DNA of 33,558 nucleotides, taken from the IMG/VR virus record IMGVR_UViG_3300042560_001054. The stretch is one strand, 5' to 3'. This DNA is from an uncultured virus (IMG/VR IMGVR_UViG_3300042560_001054). Lineage: Duplodnaviria > Heunggongvirae > Uroviricota > Caudoviricetes. Of this stretch, positions 19,321 to 28,279 are shown piece by piece. The position numbers were made by a program, and so were the translations under genes. How positions within the stretch are numbered: position 1 is the stretch's first letter; each line of letters opens with the position of its first letter. The notes under the pieces are model-generated. The model worked only from the letters and a program-made list of their open reading frames with translations, had not been told where the DNA came from and ran no database searches.

Positions 19321-19536
19321 CTACCTAGTACCGTGGTAAGCACGGCCTGGGTTCATGTAACCCTTGATGCTTGGCTTTTCTTTGTCATTTAAGTATAACT
19401 TACGTAGTCCAAACCGAGAATCACGTATTGTTATTAGTTTGGGTTGGGCGTAAATGAACTCTTGTACTCTACTCATGGGGACCACCTGTTCCATTGGATA
19501 AGTTGAGTCACCATCCCAGGCAAAGAAGGTTGCCAA
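19321..19536 (-). CDS. Hypothetical protein
   Basis: 71 aa ORF from TTG; start uncertain. Confidence 0.45.
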   Translation of the reverse strand: MATFFAWDGDSTYPMEQVVPMSRVQEFIYAQPKLITIRDSRFGLRKLYLNDKEKPSIKGYMNPGRAYHGTR

Positions 19537-19617
19537 CCTGCTTTTGTTATTGCGTCTCTAAACTCTCTGCTGCGTCCAGTAAGTAGTTTTACTGGCTCAC
19601 TGGGGGCGTTTAAGTTT

Positions 19618-20241
19618 TTATTTTCCAACATTTTTAGCTTTTTTAGCAGCAGCTCTAGCTGCGTACTTCTTAGCGTATGTTGGACTAATTTCAATTCCTT
19701 CTTCTTCTGTAATATGACCACCAGCTACAGCTGCACGGGTATCTGTATAGGTGCCTTTTCGGCCTTTAGACTTTCCTGTAGAACTCCACTGTTTGCCTTC
19801 AGAGTGCCCAGAAGGATTTGGTTTTGGAGTTGAGTCCCCAGCTGTCTGATTTTGTACATCTTTAATTACATCACCGTACTCAACGCTAAATCCGCCCTTA
19901 CCATCCGCAGCAAGTTTTTTTAATTTGCTACCTTCAGGGGTGTTTTTACCTGATGCTCCATAATGATAGTCGCCTCGTCGTGTCTCTCTATCGAGGTCAT
20001 ACTCTTTCATTGTGTTTTCATTTTGCCAATCTTCAGCACTTCTTTCATTAGAACCTGAAGATGTTCTAGAAGAACTTCTAGACGAACTATTAGCTCCTTT
20101 ACCACCAGGAGTTCCTCGTCCTAAAAATACTGCTGCAGCAATCTGTCCCATTGAAGAGTTACGTCCAGCTTTTTTACCAAAGCCAGAGGCTGCACGTCCT
20201 TCTGATTCAGCGGAAGGTTTATTCATACCAAAAGTAGCCAT
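19618..20241 (-). CDS. Hypothetical G/S/K-rich disordered protein
   Basis: 207 aa; TAAACT 6 nt upstream of ATG, suggesting a leaderless transcript. Confidence 0.7.
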   Translation of the reverse strand: MATFGMNKPSAESEGRAASGFGKKAGRNSSMGQIAAAVFLGRGTPGGKGANSSSRSSSRTSSGSNERSAEDWQNENTMKEYDLDRETRRGDYHYGASGKNTPEGSKLKKLAADGKGGFSVEYGDVIKDVQNQTAGDSTPKPNPSGHSEGKQWSSTGKSKGRKGTYTDTRAAVAGGHITEEEGIEISPTYAKKYAARAAAKKAKNVGK

Positions 20242-20298
20242 AATAGAAGTTTAAGACACTTTCTCTAGTTTGACCTCGTATGTACTCATTTTATTTAA

Positions 20299-20859
20299 TT
20301 ACTTGCCACAAGTAGGGCATTTAGAATCAGCAGAGCCAGAAGATGTAGATGAGCCAGCTGCTTTGAACTTAGGGCGTCCAAAGCCTACGATTGAAATCAT
20401 AACCCCAGCTTTGTTCTTTTTATAGGCTCTAAGTTGCTTGCAAACTTCTCCGCCATTTCTTTGGCTTCCAGATTTCTTTGATGAAGTATTTCCTTCAATG
20501 CACCAGACAGTGCCATCTTCATTGTCTTTTATAACAATACCTACGTGAGAAATTCTATCGACACCGTCTGAGGGGAAATCAAAATAGGCGATATCACCTG
20601 GTTCTGGGTCAGCTACATCTCCATCAATCCATGCGCCTTTTTTCTTAAAAGCTGCTGCACCATTAGGAGTGTAAACAGTATTAGGAACTTTTACACCAGC
20701 CTCGTTAGCGCACCACATAACAAAACTTCCGCACCATGGTTGGAAGTTAGCTTTTGTGTAAGCACCGTACTTTGTCTCGTTGTCTTTAGGACCTTCAATA
20801 GTTCCTAGCTCACCTTTAGCAACTTCAATGAGTTTAGCTGCTGTTCCTTGGTCTGCCAT
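20299..20859 (-). CDS. CHAP-domain peptidoglycan peptidase (endolysin-like)
   Basis: 'QPWCGSFVMW' (Cys), 'PGDIAYFDF', 'SHVGIV' (His), 'IEGNT'. Confidence 0.9.
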   Translation of the reverse strand: MADQGTAAKLIEVAKGELGTIEGPKDNETKYGAYTKANFQPWCGSFVMWCANEAGVKVPNTVYTPNGAAAFKKKGAWIDGDVADPEPGDIAYFDFPSDGVDRISHVGIVIKDNEDGTVWCIEGNTSSKKSGSQRNGGEVCKQLRAYKKNKAGVMISIVGFGRPKFKAAGSSTSSGSADSKCPTCGK

Positions 20860-20874
20860 TTATTAAACCTCTCA

Positions 20875-21156
20875 CTAACGCTTTACAATTATTACTGATG
20901 CTTGTCCTGTTTGATTTGATTCAGCTATTGCATATACCTCATCAACAGTAGTTAGATTTTCAAAAGTAAACGCAGTCTGGGGTTCTAGATGTCTACCATA
21001 AGAAGAAAGAGTTAGCCCCTCTCCTCCAAGAAATAAATCATGAGCTCCTGTGTTTTGAACGTGTACAGTTAAACTTCCACCTACTTCTCGTCCTTCAGGA
21101 GTAAGTCTGGTTGCTTCGGTGTGTGGTACAGAAAACACATAATGATTTACTGGCAT
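20875..21156 (-). CDS. Hypothetical beta-rich protein
   Basis: 93 aa, TAATG overlap with the upstream gene. Confidence 0.65.
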   Translation of the reverse strand: MPVNHYVFSVPHTEATRLTPEGREVGGSLTVHVQNTGAHDLFLGGEGLTLSSYGRHLEPQTAFTFENLTTVDEVYAIAESNQTGQASVIIVKR

Positions 21157-21566
21157 TAATCTTTATCCCAATCTAAATCAACTGGTTGCTCTGCTGGCAT
21201 TTGACCATCAGGTTTTGCTGCAAGACGTGCTGCTGTAGCATCAATCTCAGCTTCTAATTTTTTGTCTGCTTGAGTGTTTTTAGCATCCATTTCTTTGTTA
21301 TCTAATTGTGCTTTCATAATGTCTTTAGCACCAGATGAACCAATCAGGATACCTGCGAGGGTTCCTGTAATAAATGTTGCAATACTTCCCAAAACGTTAA
21401 AGAACATCTTGTCATTTTCTGACTGTGCTCCGATTGGCTGTGTCACAAATAAAAGGCCGTAAAGAATACCTAGTGATGTGCATAGCAAAATTGCGCCTAG
21501 TGTGATGCCGAGAATAAACTTTAAGCGGGCATCTAGGTCTTGTGGTGATAAACGTTCTTTACTCAT
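21156..21566 (-). CDS. Two-TM membrane protein (holin-like)
   Basis: Two hydrophobic helices followed by a charged coiled tail. Confidence 0.7.
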   Translation of the reverse strand: MSKERLSPQDLDARLKFILGITLGAILLCTSLGILYGLLFVTQPIGAQSENDKMFFNVLGSIATFITGTLAGILIGSSGAKDIMKAQLDNKEMDAKNTQADKKLEAEIDATAARLAAKPDGQMPAEQPVDLDWDKD

Positions 21567-21780
21567 TTGGTGTTCCCTCTGGTTCTACAGTAGCGGTAGT
21601 TCCGTCTGATGTTTTAACTAAGTCTACAGGACAAGTGCCTGTAGAAGTACAGATAGGCGGCTTACATTCAGCACTTTCCCAATTAGTTGGGTCTTGGCAT
21701 GGGTATCTAAAATGTCCGTCATACCCACAACCTGTCAAAGAAAAAACAAGTAGGGCAGATAATATAAGTCGTTTAATCAT
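21559..21780 (-). CDS. Small Cys-rich lipoprotein
   Basis: Signal peptide with lipobox 'LTGC' and four further Cys (CQDP..W...C.PPIC...GTCP). Confidence 0.75.
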   Translation of the reverse strand: MIKRLILSALLVFSLTGCGYDGHFRYPCQDPTNWESAECKPPICTSTGTCPVDLVKTSDGTTATVEPEGTPNE

Positions 21781-21947
21781 TCTTCGTCCTTCGGATTTCT
21801 AAGCGGGTAAGTCACCGCCCAAGCAACTAATGTTCCCACAATTGCGTACCCCACAACGGTCTTAGCTGACCCATCTAGGACTACCCAGGCAATAAACATT
21901 CCTAGCAACGTCCATAGCTGGTCAATCATGTCTTTAAGTACTCTCAT
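21777..21947 (-). CDS. 56-aa two-TM membrane protein (not in ORF track)
   Basis: [60 protein letters not shown] overlaps at both ends. Confidence 0.75.
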   Translation of the reverse strand: MRVLKDMIDQLWTLLGMFIAWVVLDGSAKTVVGYAIVGTLVAWAVTYPLRNPKDEE

Positions 21948-24382
21948 GGTCTACGTCTCCTAACGCCTTTTGAATCTCCAGAAGCGCCTCCGCCTCCAGA
22001 ACCACCACTACTAGACCCACCTGTTGTAGAGCCTGTTGCGGCTCCCGCTGCAGCAGCTACAGCATTCATAGCAGCACCGCTAGCAATAACTGCGGCAACT
22101 ACCATTTCCTGTGCTTCTTCACGTTCTTCATCAGACATATCAGCACCGATACTTCCAAGTGCTTGTAGGGCTTGACCAGGGTCATCAAATATTGCGCCAA
22201 GTAATTCTGCAGGATTTTCTAATAATACAAGAGCTGCAGCAACGTCTGCTGTAATTATAACTTCATTACCGTTTTCATCAGTTCTAACCTCTACAGGAGT
22301 ATCAGGTGGGAGGTCTTTATACTCAAGTCCTGCTTCAGCAATAGCTTCTGCAGTAACAGCTTCTCCACCTGCTGCTTCAATAAGGGCTTCAGCAATAACT
22401 TCTTTTTCCGCTTCAGTTACGACACCATCAGCTTGTGCGTCTTCTACAGCAGACTCCACTTCTTCTTCAGGTGTGGTAGTCTCTGGAGCTGTTTCTTCAA
22501 TAGGAGGTTCTAATGATTCTGTGGACGGATTTTCTTGCTCTGGCTCTGGTGACTCTGGTTGTGGCTGCGGTTCCTCAGTTGCGCTCTCTTCCTCCTGAGG
22601 CTCCTGCGGTTCTTCGGATTCCGATGAAGTATCTTCCTCATCTACTGGGTCTTCTGTGGGTGTCTGCGGCTCTGATGTGGGCGGCTCAATAGGTGGCTCT
22701 ACTGGCTCTGGTAAAGGCTCTACAGGAGGCTCAGGAACGGGTTCTGGCTCTGGCTCAGGAACAGGCTCGGGTTCTGGGGTTGGTGTCGGCTCAGGTTGAG
22801 GAGTTGGCTCGACTGGAGGTAATGGCTCAGGTGTTACAGGAACGGGCGCAGGTTCTGGCGTCACTGGTTCAGGTTGAGGAACAGGTTGAGGTTCTGGAGC
22901 CGGGACAGGATTGGTTGGCGCGGGGTCGGTTGACGGATTTGTAGGAGGTTGTGGTGAAGGTTCGGGTTGTGGTTGTGGTGTTGGCTCTGGTGTCGGCTGT
23001 GGTGTTGGCTCTGGCTGCGGTGCGGGAGTTGGCTCAGGCACTGGAGGAATTGGAGTTTGAAGAGCTGTAACAGCAGTTGCAACAGTTGCTGTTGCGGTGT
23101 CTGCTAAAGCGTTTGCAGTAGCAAGAGTAGTAGCTGCGGTTTCTTGAGCAGCAACAATAGTTTCGTTAGACACATTAGTCATTTGTTGAACAGGTTGACC
23201 AACAGCTTCACGAACACCAGTACGTTGCGGATACCAAAGATTAGTGGTGTTTCCAGCAACAGTTCCAATACCAGTCCATTCACCAGTTGTTGGGTTTACT
23301 GTCATTTTCCAATTAATGTTAGTTATAGGGGCGTTGTTATCACCAAATTTTTTAAGGTTCCAATCAACTTCTAAAGTTGTTTCTGTGGTAGTAACCACCG
23401 TAGAAGTGCCTGTACCAGCATTCATATAGTCGCTGGCAAACACTGAGATGCTTGGTCCACCAGGGAAGTCCCACCAGATATGGTCGCCAGTGCCAAAAGT
23501 AATAGTTGCCTTTGAAGTTACGTAAATTTGACTATCTGCACCTTGGCCGTTGTATACGGTGTCGCCCATTTTAATATCAAAAGGCGTTTGAATTTTAGTT
23601 GATGCGTCGTACATAACTGGAAGAGTGGTAGTAGTAACGGTTGGCGTGTCTACTGGAGCAGGTGCTACATAGCCTTCGGTTGTATAAACTTTTGTATTTT
23701 CTGGAGCGGTTAACAAAGTGTCTACCGCAGCTTGAGCAGTAGCCGCTACAACTGTAGCTGAATCTGCTACTGCAATAGCAGTTTGAGCTGCTGCTACTGG
23801 TTCGGCAGCTGCTGTTTGTTGTTCTGTACTTGCAGTTTGAACAGCTGCATTTAATGTTACAGTTGCGTTTTCAACTTTTTCTTGAACGGAGGTTAGTGAT
23901 GGAGCAGGTGTTGTGGTTTCTGATGGGGTTGGGCTTGGGGTTGGCTCTGGACTTTGTGTTGGTGAAGGTGATGTTGAAGCCTCTGAAGAAGAAGTTGTTG
24001 GTTCTGGAGTTGGCGTTGGGCTTGGACTCGTCTCAGAAGATGGAGCGGATTCTGATGCTGGAGGAGGAGTTGCGCTGGTCGAAGGCGAAGGTTCAGGCGC
24101 AGGAGTCGGACTTGGAGAGGATGAATCAGAAGTTGGTTCAGAGCTCGGGGATGGAGGCGCCTCAGTGGAATTTGTCGTATTGGAGGATTGAGGGTCCGAA
24201 GTTGAAGCAGAAGGTTCTGGACTTGGAGATGGAGCTGGAGCAGTTGCGGTCGAAGACTCTGTGGAAGCAGGACTAGACACTACCTGTTCTGGGGTAGGGT
24301 CATCAGCATTCGCGTTTGATTGACCAAGCAAAAATAGAAATAATGTGAGGACTGTTGCTGCGAATATGCGCAGTATTAACAT
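21944..24382 (-). CDS. Large secreted/surface Pro-Ser-Thr-Glu-rich protein
   Basis: Signal peptide ending 'ANA-DD', S/T/P stalk, central beta domain, PEP repeats, acidic region, C-terminal hydrophobic segment and RRRR. Confidence 0.8.
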   Translation of the reverse strand: MLILRIFAATVLTLFLFLLGQSNANADDPTPEQVVSSPASTESSTATAPAPSPSPEPSASTSDPQSSNTTNSTEAPPSPSSEPTSDSSSPSPTPAPEPSPSTSATPPPASESAPSSETSPSPTPTPEPTTSSSEASTSPSPTQSPEPTPSPTPSETTTPAPSLTSVQEKVENATVTLNAAVQTASTEQQTAAAEPVAAAQTAIAVADSATVVAATAQAAVDTLLTAPENTKVYTTEGYVAPAPVDTPTVTTTTLPVMYDASTKIQTPFDIKMGDTVYNGQGADSQIYVTSKATITFGTGDHIWWDFPGGPSISVFASDYMNAGTGTSTVVTTTETTLEVDWNLKKFGDNNAPITNINWKMTVNPTTGEWTGIGTVAGNTTNLWYPQRTGVREAVGQPVQQMTNVSNETIVAAQETAATTLATANALADTATATVATAVTALQTPIPPVPEPTPAPQPEPTPQPTPEPTPQPQPEPSPQPPTNPSTDPAPTNPVPAPEPQPVPQPEPVTPEPAPVPVTPEPLPPVEPTPQPEPTPTPEPEPVPEPEPEPVPEPPVEPLPEPVEPPIEPPTSEPQTPTEDPVDEEDTSSESEEPQEPQEEESATEEPQPQPESPEPEQENPSTESLEPPIEETAPETTTPEEEVESAVEDAQADGVVTEAEKEVIAEALIEAAGGEAVTAEAIAEAGLEYKDLPPDTPVEVRTDENGNEVIITADVAAALVLLENPAELLGAIFDDPGQALQALGSIGADMSDEEREEAQEMVVAAVIASGAAMNAVAAAAGAATGSTTGGSSSGGSGGGGASGDSKGVRRRRP

Positions 24383-24394
24383 TTACCTCTGATG

Positions 24395-24616
24395 TTACTG
24401 TAACTCAGTATCCCAATCAGGGTTAAAGTATGCAACAGATGTTAATGCTTCTTCTTGTTTTCTCATGTGATGACCACAGAACATTAATTCTAAATTAGAT
24501 GTTTTCATATAAACTCTAACTTTAGCTGCAGCACTGCAACTATCGCAGCGGTCATTAGCAGTTAGTGGTTCATCTTTAAACGTTAAAACGTCTTGCATCT
24601 TTTCTGCTGTAATCAC
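24395..24616 (-). CDS. Actinobacterial zinc-finger protein (CxxC...CxHH)
   Basis: 'LTANDRCDSCSAAA...ELMFCGHH'; AGGAG SD. Confidence 0.75.
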   Translation of the reverse strand: MITAEKMQDVLTFKDEPLTANDRCDSCSAAAKVRVYMKTSNLELMFCGHHMRKQEEALTSVAYFNPDWDTELQ

Positions 24617-24626
24617 GTTGTCTCCT

Positions 24627-24664
24627 AAAATAGAGAAGCGGCAGGCTTTTGGCCTGCCGCTTCT
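24627..24664 (-). terminator. Intrinsic terminator
   Basis: 13-bp AGAAGCGGCAGGC/GCCTGCCGCTTCT stem followed by CTATTTT on the minus strand. Confidence 0.7.
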
Positions 24665-24692
24665 AATACTACACTAAAAGTGTATTTTGGTT

Positions 24693-25436
24693 TTATGAAG
24701 CTGCTGCCCAAGGTGTAACAGTAATTGTTGCAGTAGAAGCAATTGAACCTGCTCCAGCTGCTGTTGACTGTGCCTTGATTGTTCCAGCTACTGCTACTAC
24801 AGCACCTGTAATCGCTGTCAAAGCAAGTACAGTTGTTGCTGTTCCAGTTACTGTGAAAGTGTTAGCAGTTGGTGCGGAAACTACTGTGTAAGTTCCGTTT
24901 ACAGAAGCATCAACACCAGAAATTGTTACTTTATTTCCAGCCACGAAACCGTGAGATGAATCAGTAAGTGTAATTGTGGTGCTTCCAGCTGTACGAGCAG
25001 CTGCTGTTACAACACCTGCTGCGTTTGTTGCAGCTGTTGCTGTAGTGATGTTAGCTGCTTCGTAACCAGCGTCACGAAGAGCATCAATAGCCAGAGCTGT
25101 GGTTAGACCAAGAACATCTGGTACTGAGATGTAAGCAGTTCCGCTTACGTATGCTCCGTCTCCAGTTGTGTAATCTGGAAATCCAGCGTACTTTGCTTCC
25201 GCCATGTCGTGGAAAGAAAGAGTTGGATTTAAGCGTGAGCTTGGGTATACGGTGTATCCGCTCCATCCGTAGTTCTGTGAAGCGTTTGCTGCTACTACTG
25301 CAGTTGAGGGTGCAGTTGTGTAATCCGCTGTGGATGTACGCTCATCGTTTGGTTGCATTGGGAAGTTGCCCCAAGCAAAGTCAACGAATACGTTACCAGC
25401 GGAATCAAGAAGATTTCCGTTGTTATTTGTTGCCAT
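24693..25436 (-). CDS. Ala/Thr-rich structural protein with PASTA-like and beta-barrel modules
   Basis: 'ISVPDVLGLTTALAIDALRDAGY' (PASTA-like), 'HGFVAGNKVTISGV...NGTYTV...ANTFTV'; own terminator. Confidence 0.65.
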   Translation of the reverse strand: MATNNNGNLLDSAGNVFVDFAWGNFPMQPNDERTSTADYTTAPSTAVVAANASQNYGWSGYTVYPSSRLNPTLSFHDMAEAKYAGFPDYTTGDGAYVSGTAYISVPDVLGLTTALAIDALRDAGYEAANITTATAATNAAGVVTAAARTAGSTTITLTDSSHGFVAGNKVTISGVDASVNGTYTVVSAPTANTFTVTGTATTVLALTAITGAVVAVAGTIKAQSTAAGAGSIASTATITVTPWAAAS

Positions 25437-25462
25437 GAATTTACCTATTCTCTAGAGTGGGT

Positions 25463-25738
25463 TTAACAATCCCATGCGCGAAGGGATTTATTAATTCTAC
25501 TATTTGGGTCTTTAGCAGTCTTGCTAGACGTATTTTTTTTCTTCATGCCCTCCATACGGGAACAAAAAGACTTACGACGAGCAGCAGACTTAGGAGACTT
25601 CTTAGCTTGTTCCTTCTTAACAGGGGGTTTTAAATTACTACCAGGGTTTGCTTTTTCATAAGACTTACGACCCTTTTCGTTAAGACCGCCTTTAGCGTTC
25701 TTACCTTCTTTGCGTTGCCAGGCTTCTGACTTTGCCAT
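25463..25738 (-). CDS. Conserved basic phage protein
   Basis: 'AWQRKEGKN..GGLN.KGR.SY...RRKSFC.RM...SRINKSLRAWDC', a pattern common in aquatic phages. Confidence 0.8.
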   Translation of the reverse strand: MAKSEAWQRKEGKNAKGGLNEKGRKSYEKANPGSNLKPPVKKEQAKKSPKSAARRKSFCSRMEGMKKKNTSSKTAKDPNSRINKSLRAWDC

Positions 25739-25828
25739 TCTTCATTACTCCGTTATCTACGTTATCAACTGCGTCATCTAAAGACCATGTAGGCTCTTCA
25801 GAGCATGTTCCTTCCGCCCAGCCCATGA

Positions 25829-26062
25829 TTAAGTAAAATCCCAACCTTCGCCATGACGTTTCTTCATGTCATCAAGATGAGCCTTACCTAACGCTGAACC
25901 GGAGAAAGAGATACCTGTCTTCTTACTAGTCATAGTAAAGGGCACAAACAAACCTTCTCCTGTGCTCTCGTTTACTTTAGATACACCTTCGGAATCCATT
26001 TTGTGAATTCCCTCTTTACTAACGTTTATCGTGGTATTAATCTGTGGCTTTTTTGGAATCAT
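25829..26062 (-). CDS. Hypothetical protein
   Basis: 77 aa, TAATG overlap with the upstream ORF. Confidence 0.6.
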   Translation of the reverse strand: MIPKKPQINTTINVSKEGIHKMDSEGVSKVNESTGEGLFVPFTMTSKKTGISFSGSALGKAHLDDMKKRHGEGWDFT

Positions 26063-26238
26063 TATTTGCTTCCCTTCTTAGAGGAGCCGAACATGTTTGG
26101 GTGGGAGTCTTTAGTCATTCGGGTTCCGTCAGATAGGGTAGGAGAAGCTGTTGGGTCTCCAGCTAAAAACGCTCTACGAATTTCAATTTCAGAACGAGTA
26201 TCTTTTGCTTCATCAAAATCTTTATTATTTCTTGGCAT
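26062..26238 (-). CDS. 58-aa hypothetical protein (not in ORF track)
   Basis: MPRNNKDFDEAKDTRSEIEIRRAFLAGD...; TAATG overlaps at both ends. Confidence 0.65.
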   Translation of the reverse strand: MPRNNKDFDEAKDTRSEIEIRRAFLAGDPTASPTLSDGTRMTKDSHPNMFGSSKKGSK

Positions 26239-26528
26239 TATTTTTCGTTCTCTTTCTTGCCCGCTCTGCGCTTGTTTTCTTTCGCCACGTTCTTACTTTT
26301 AGAAATAGCACGAAGGTTGCTAGGAGAATCGTTATTTTTGTTGTTGTCTTTGTGGTCAACATCGGTTCCCTTCGGTAACTTACCGTTTTTAGACTCGTAA
26401 TCAGCACGGGCCTTATCCTTAGATGTTGTCACCCACTTGCCGTTTACTTTCTTCTTATAGACGTATATAGGACGTCCACCATTCTTCTTAGAACCTTTGT
26501 AAGGTCCAAACTTTTTTGTCTCAGCCAT
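26238..26528 (-). CDS. Small HNH-motif protein
   Basis: 'DVDHKDNNKNNDSPSNLRAISKSKN'; start probably ATG 26528 (MAETKK). Confidence 0.8.
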   Translation of the reverse strand: MAETKKFGPYKGSKKNGGRPIYVYKKKVNGKWVTTSKDKARADYESKNGKLPKGTDVDHKDNNKNNDSPSNLRAISKSKNVAKENKRRAGKKENEK

Positions 26529-26635
26529 TAGATTGACCACCATCCCTCGTATTTAGCATTTGGGTTATCTTTGAGCCATTGTCTACGCAATTCATTTTGA
26601 TAAGCCCAATCAATGTCCGTGTTACGTTCGGTCAT
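26528..26635 (-). CDS. 35-aa hypothetical protein (not in ORF track)
   Basis: MTERNTDIDWAYQNELRRQWLKDNPNAKYEGWWSI; ATGA and TAATG overlaps. Confidence 0.6.
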   Translation of the reverse strand: MTERNTDIDWAYQNELRRQWLKDNPNAKYEGWWSI

Positions 26636-26814
26636 TTTTGTCTCTCAATCGCCTTAGACACAACGTCTCTTGCTGCCATAGAAGAAGAATACCGTTGAAC
26701 AGTACCCCGTGGTCCCCCAAATATACGGTCACTTATTCTTCTAAACTGTTGACCTTTTGCAAATTTGCTTGACCGAGGCAAGTATGCAGTAACTACACCT
26801 ACGGATTTCTTCAC
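26632..26814 (-). CDS. Hypothetical basic protein
   Basis: 60 aa, GTGA overlap with the upstream gene. Confidence 0.55.
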   Translation of the reverse strand: MKKSVGVVTAYLPRSSKFAKGQQFRRISDRIFGGPRGTVQRYSSSMAARDVVSKAIERQK

Positions 26815-26954
26815 TTGTCTTTTTTCTTATTGTTAGAAGGAGGCCATGTATCTAGAATTGCTGCAATGCGTCCATCTTTACGAAGGCGTACGATGTGTCC
26901 ATCCTTTATTTGGATGGGATTAAATTTAGAAGCTCGTTTAAATTTTGCTGACAT
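26811..26954 (-). CDS. Hypothetical basic protein
   Basis: Probable start at MSAKFKR; 'IQIKDGHIVRLRKDGRI'. Confidence 0.5.
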   Translation of the reverse strand: MSAKFKRASKFNPIQIKDGHIVRLRKDGRIAAILDTWPPSNNKKKDK

Positions 26955-27120
26955 TGGAATCCGTTGGTGTTGATACTTGTGATTCAAACTCTGCTTTACG
27001 AGATTCATTGCGTTCTCTAGCTGCAATTAAATCATCTGGGCTAACAAGCGCGGCCATGCCACCTGCATATCCCATAAATGCAAGAGTACGCTCCGCAGGC
27101 TTTTTCTTAGGCTTTGCCAT
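26938..27120 (-). CDS. Hypothetical protein
   Basis: 60 aa ORF in a run of small minus-strand genes. Confidence 0.5.
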   Translation of the reverse strand: MAKPKKKPAERTLAFMGYAGGMAALVSPDDLIAARERNESRKAEFESQVSTPTDSNVSKI

Positions 27121-27313
27121 TGTCTCGCCAGCTGTTGCCTAATGCAATAGCTTCATCCTCGTGTTGACGGAGAGAGTCGCTTTCCCCCTGTTTAGATGAC
27201 TTGGGTTTCACGATACCCTTACGAATGGGTCCAAACTGAGACGAAGCGAGTTGCTTGCTAAAACGCTTCTCTGATAGTTGAACTACGTTCCATTGAGAGT
27301 TCTTAGGTTCCAT
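27107..27313 (-). CDS. Hypothetical protein
   Basis: 68 aa; CATAAT 6 nt before the ATG. Confidence 0.55.
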   Translation of the reverse strand: MEPKNSQWNVVQLSEKRFSKQLASSQFGPIRKGIVKPKSSKQGESDSLRQHEDEAIALGNSWRDNGKA

Positions 27314-27320
27314 ATAAGAA

Positions 27321-27539
27321 TTATGCCTTAGGAGAGGTTTCTTTATACTCTAAATAGGCTACGAGAAATACCCTGAACAAATCGGGCTTGCCTCTATGCT
27401 CGAAGTGCTCTTTCCAGAAGAAGAGTGGGTGGTCTTTACGAGCTACCATGCCGTTATTCATCTCGGCCCATGCAAGCCGTCCAGCTAGGCCGACCTCTCC
27501 GCTCGCTTCACGTTGTGCTAATAACCATTCAGTAAACAT
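27321..27539 (-). CDS. Hypothetical protein (YozE-like helical pattern)
   Basis: Start probably MFTEWLLAQ at 27539, with TACTAT 6 nt upstream. Confidence 0.55.
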   Translation of the reverse strand: MFTEWLLAQREASGEVGLAGRLAWAEMNNGMVARKDHPLFFWKEHFEHRGKPDLFRVFLVAYLEYKETSPKA

Positions 27540-27577
27540 TGGGCAATAGTAGAGCATGCAAGAGGATTAATCAGGTA

Positions 27578-28057
27578 TTAAAACCCTCTGTCGTGACATT
27601 CGTGTACTAGCTCCCAAGCCGGGCGTCCTTTGGAGAAGTTAGCAGCTAGTTCTGGCTTTAGGCCCTCTACAAGAACCTGGTGTACACCCAATCGTTTAAT
27701 ACGTTTTTTAAGTACTGCAAACTGTTTGTTCTCTTCAGCAATCATAGTCATATAGTAAATACCAAAAACTACAGAGGCTTCTTCAGGATTTGGGTATTTA
27801 GCAGTTACCTCATCAATCCAATCAAATACTTCATTACTTACATCTGCAGTAGTTTTATCGTATAACCCGCAAAAATCTTCGTATGCTGCTTTCCCAACAT
27901 ATTGCTGATACACACGTAACTTTATGAAGTACCACTTATCAGTAGGCCACTCTGGAAAGTTAGGGTATTTAACGTAAACTGCCCACTCATCGAATTTGCC
28001 TTGAGTAAACGCAAGATAACCTTTCGAGTATTTACGCATAATTCTTTTATTGTCCAC
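27578..28057 (-). CDS. Conserved hypothetical protein
   Basis: 159 aa; 'GKFDEWAVY', 'MIAEENK..AVLKKRIKRLG.HQ.L', 'AANFSKG'; extended -10 TGaTACTCT 6 nt before the GTG. Confidence 0.75.
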   Translation of the reverse strand: MDNKRIMRKYSKGYLAFTQGKFDEWAVYVKYPNFPEWPTDKWYFIKLRVYQQYVGKAAYEDFCGLYDKTTADVSNEVFDWIDEVTAKYPNPEEASVVFGIYYMTMIAEENKQFAVLKKRIKRLGVHQVLVEGLKPELAANFSKGRPAWELVHECHDRGF

Positions 28058-28160
28058 CGCGGAAGAGTATCACTTAGGCTACTGCCTAGCTTTTCACATG
28101 TCACCTATATTTTTGCCCTGGCGGCCCACGCAGTCGGGCGTGTCGCTAATGGTGGGGGGG

Positions 28161-28176
28161 TCGAACAGATGTTCGA
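28161..28176. promoter_or_regulatory. Actinobacterial LexA (SOS) box
   Basis: TCGAAC-AGAT-GTTCGA is a perfect match to TCGAAC-N4-GTTCGA and lies in the divergent intergenic region. Confidence 0.7.
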
Positions 28177-28189
28177 GAGGACAGCGATT

Positions 28190-28241
28190 ATAACGATTTG
28201 GTAACAAGTGCGCTATAACCTCTTTCGTATGGCATTGTTCT
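28190..28241 (+). promoter_or_regulatory. Early-cassette promoter motif, copy 1
   Basis: ATAACGATTTGGTAAC..TGCGCTAT-N12-ATGGCATTGTTCT. Confidence 0.65.
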
Positions 28242-28279
28242 CTTATCGGGACAGACACCCGATAGATTGGGGGTGCTAG

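Noticed and set aside
22693..24276. Plus-strand ORFs opposite the 812-aa secreted protein
   Set aside because: Shadow ORFs of low-complexity Pro/Ser/Glu coding sequence.
26238..26528. HNH protein as an intron-encoded mobile homing endonuclease
   Set aside because: It is free-standing, short and coupled to neighbours by overlapping codons, with no interrupted host gene or intron structure visible.
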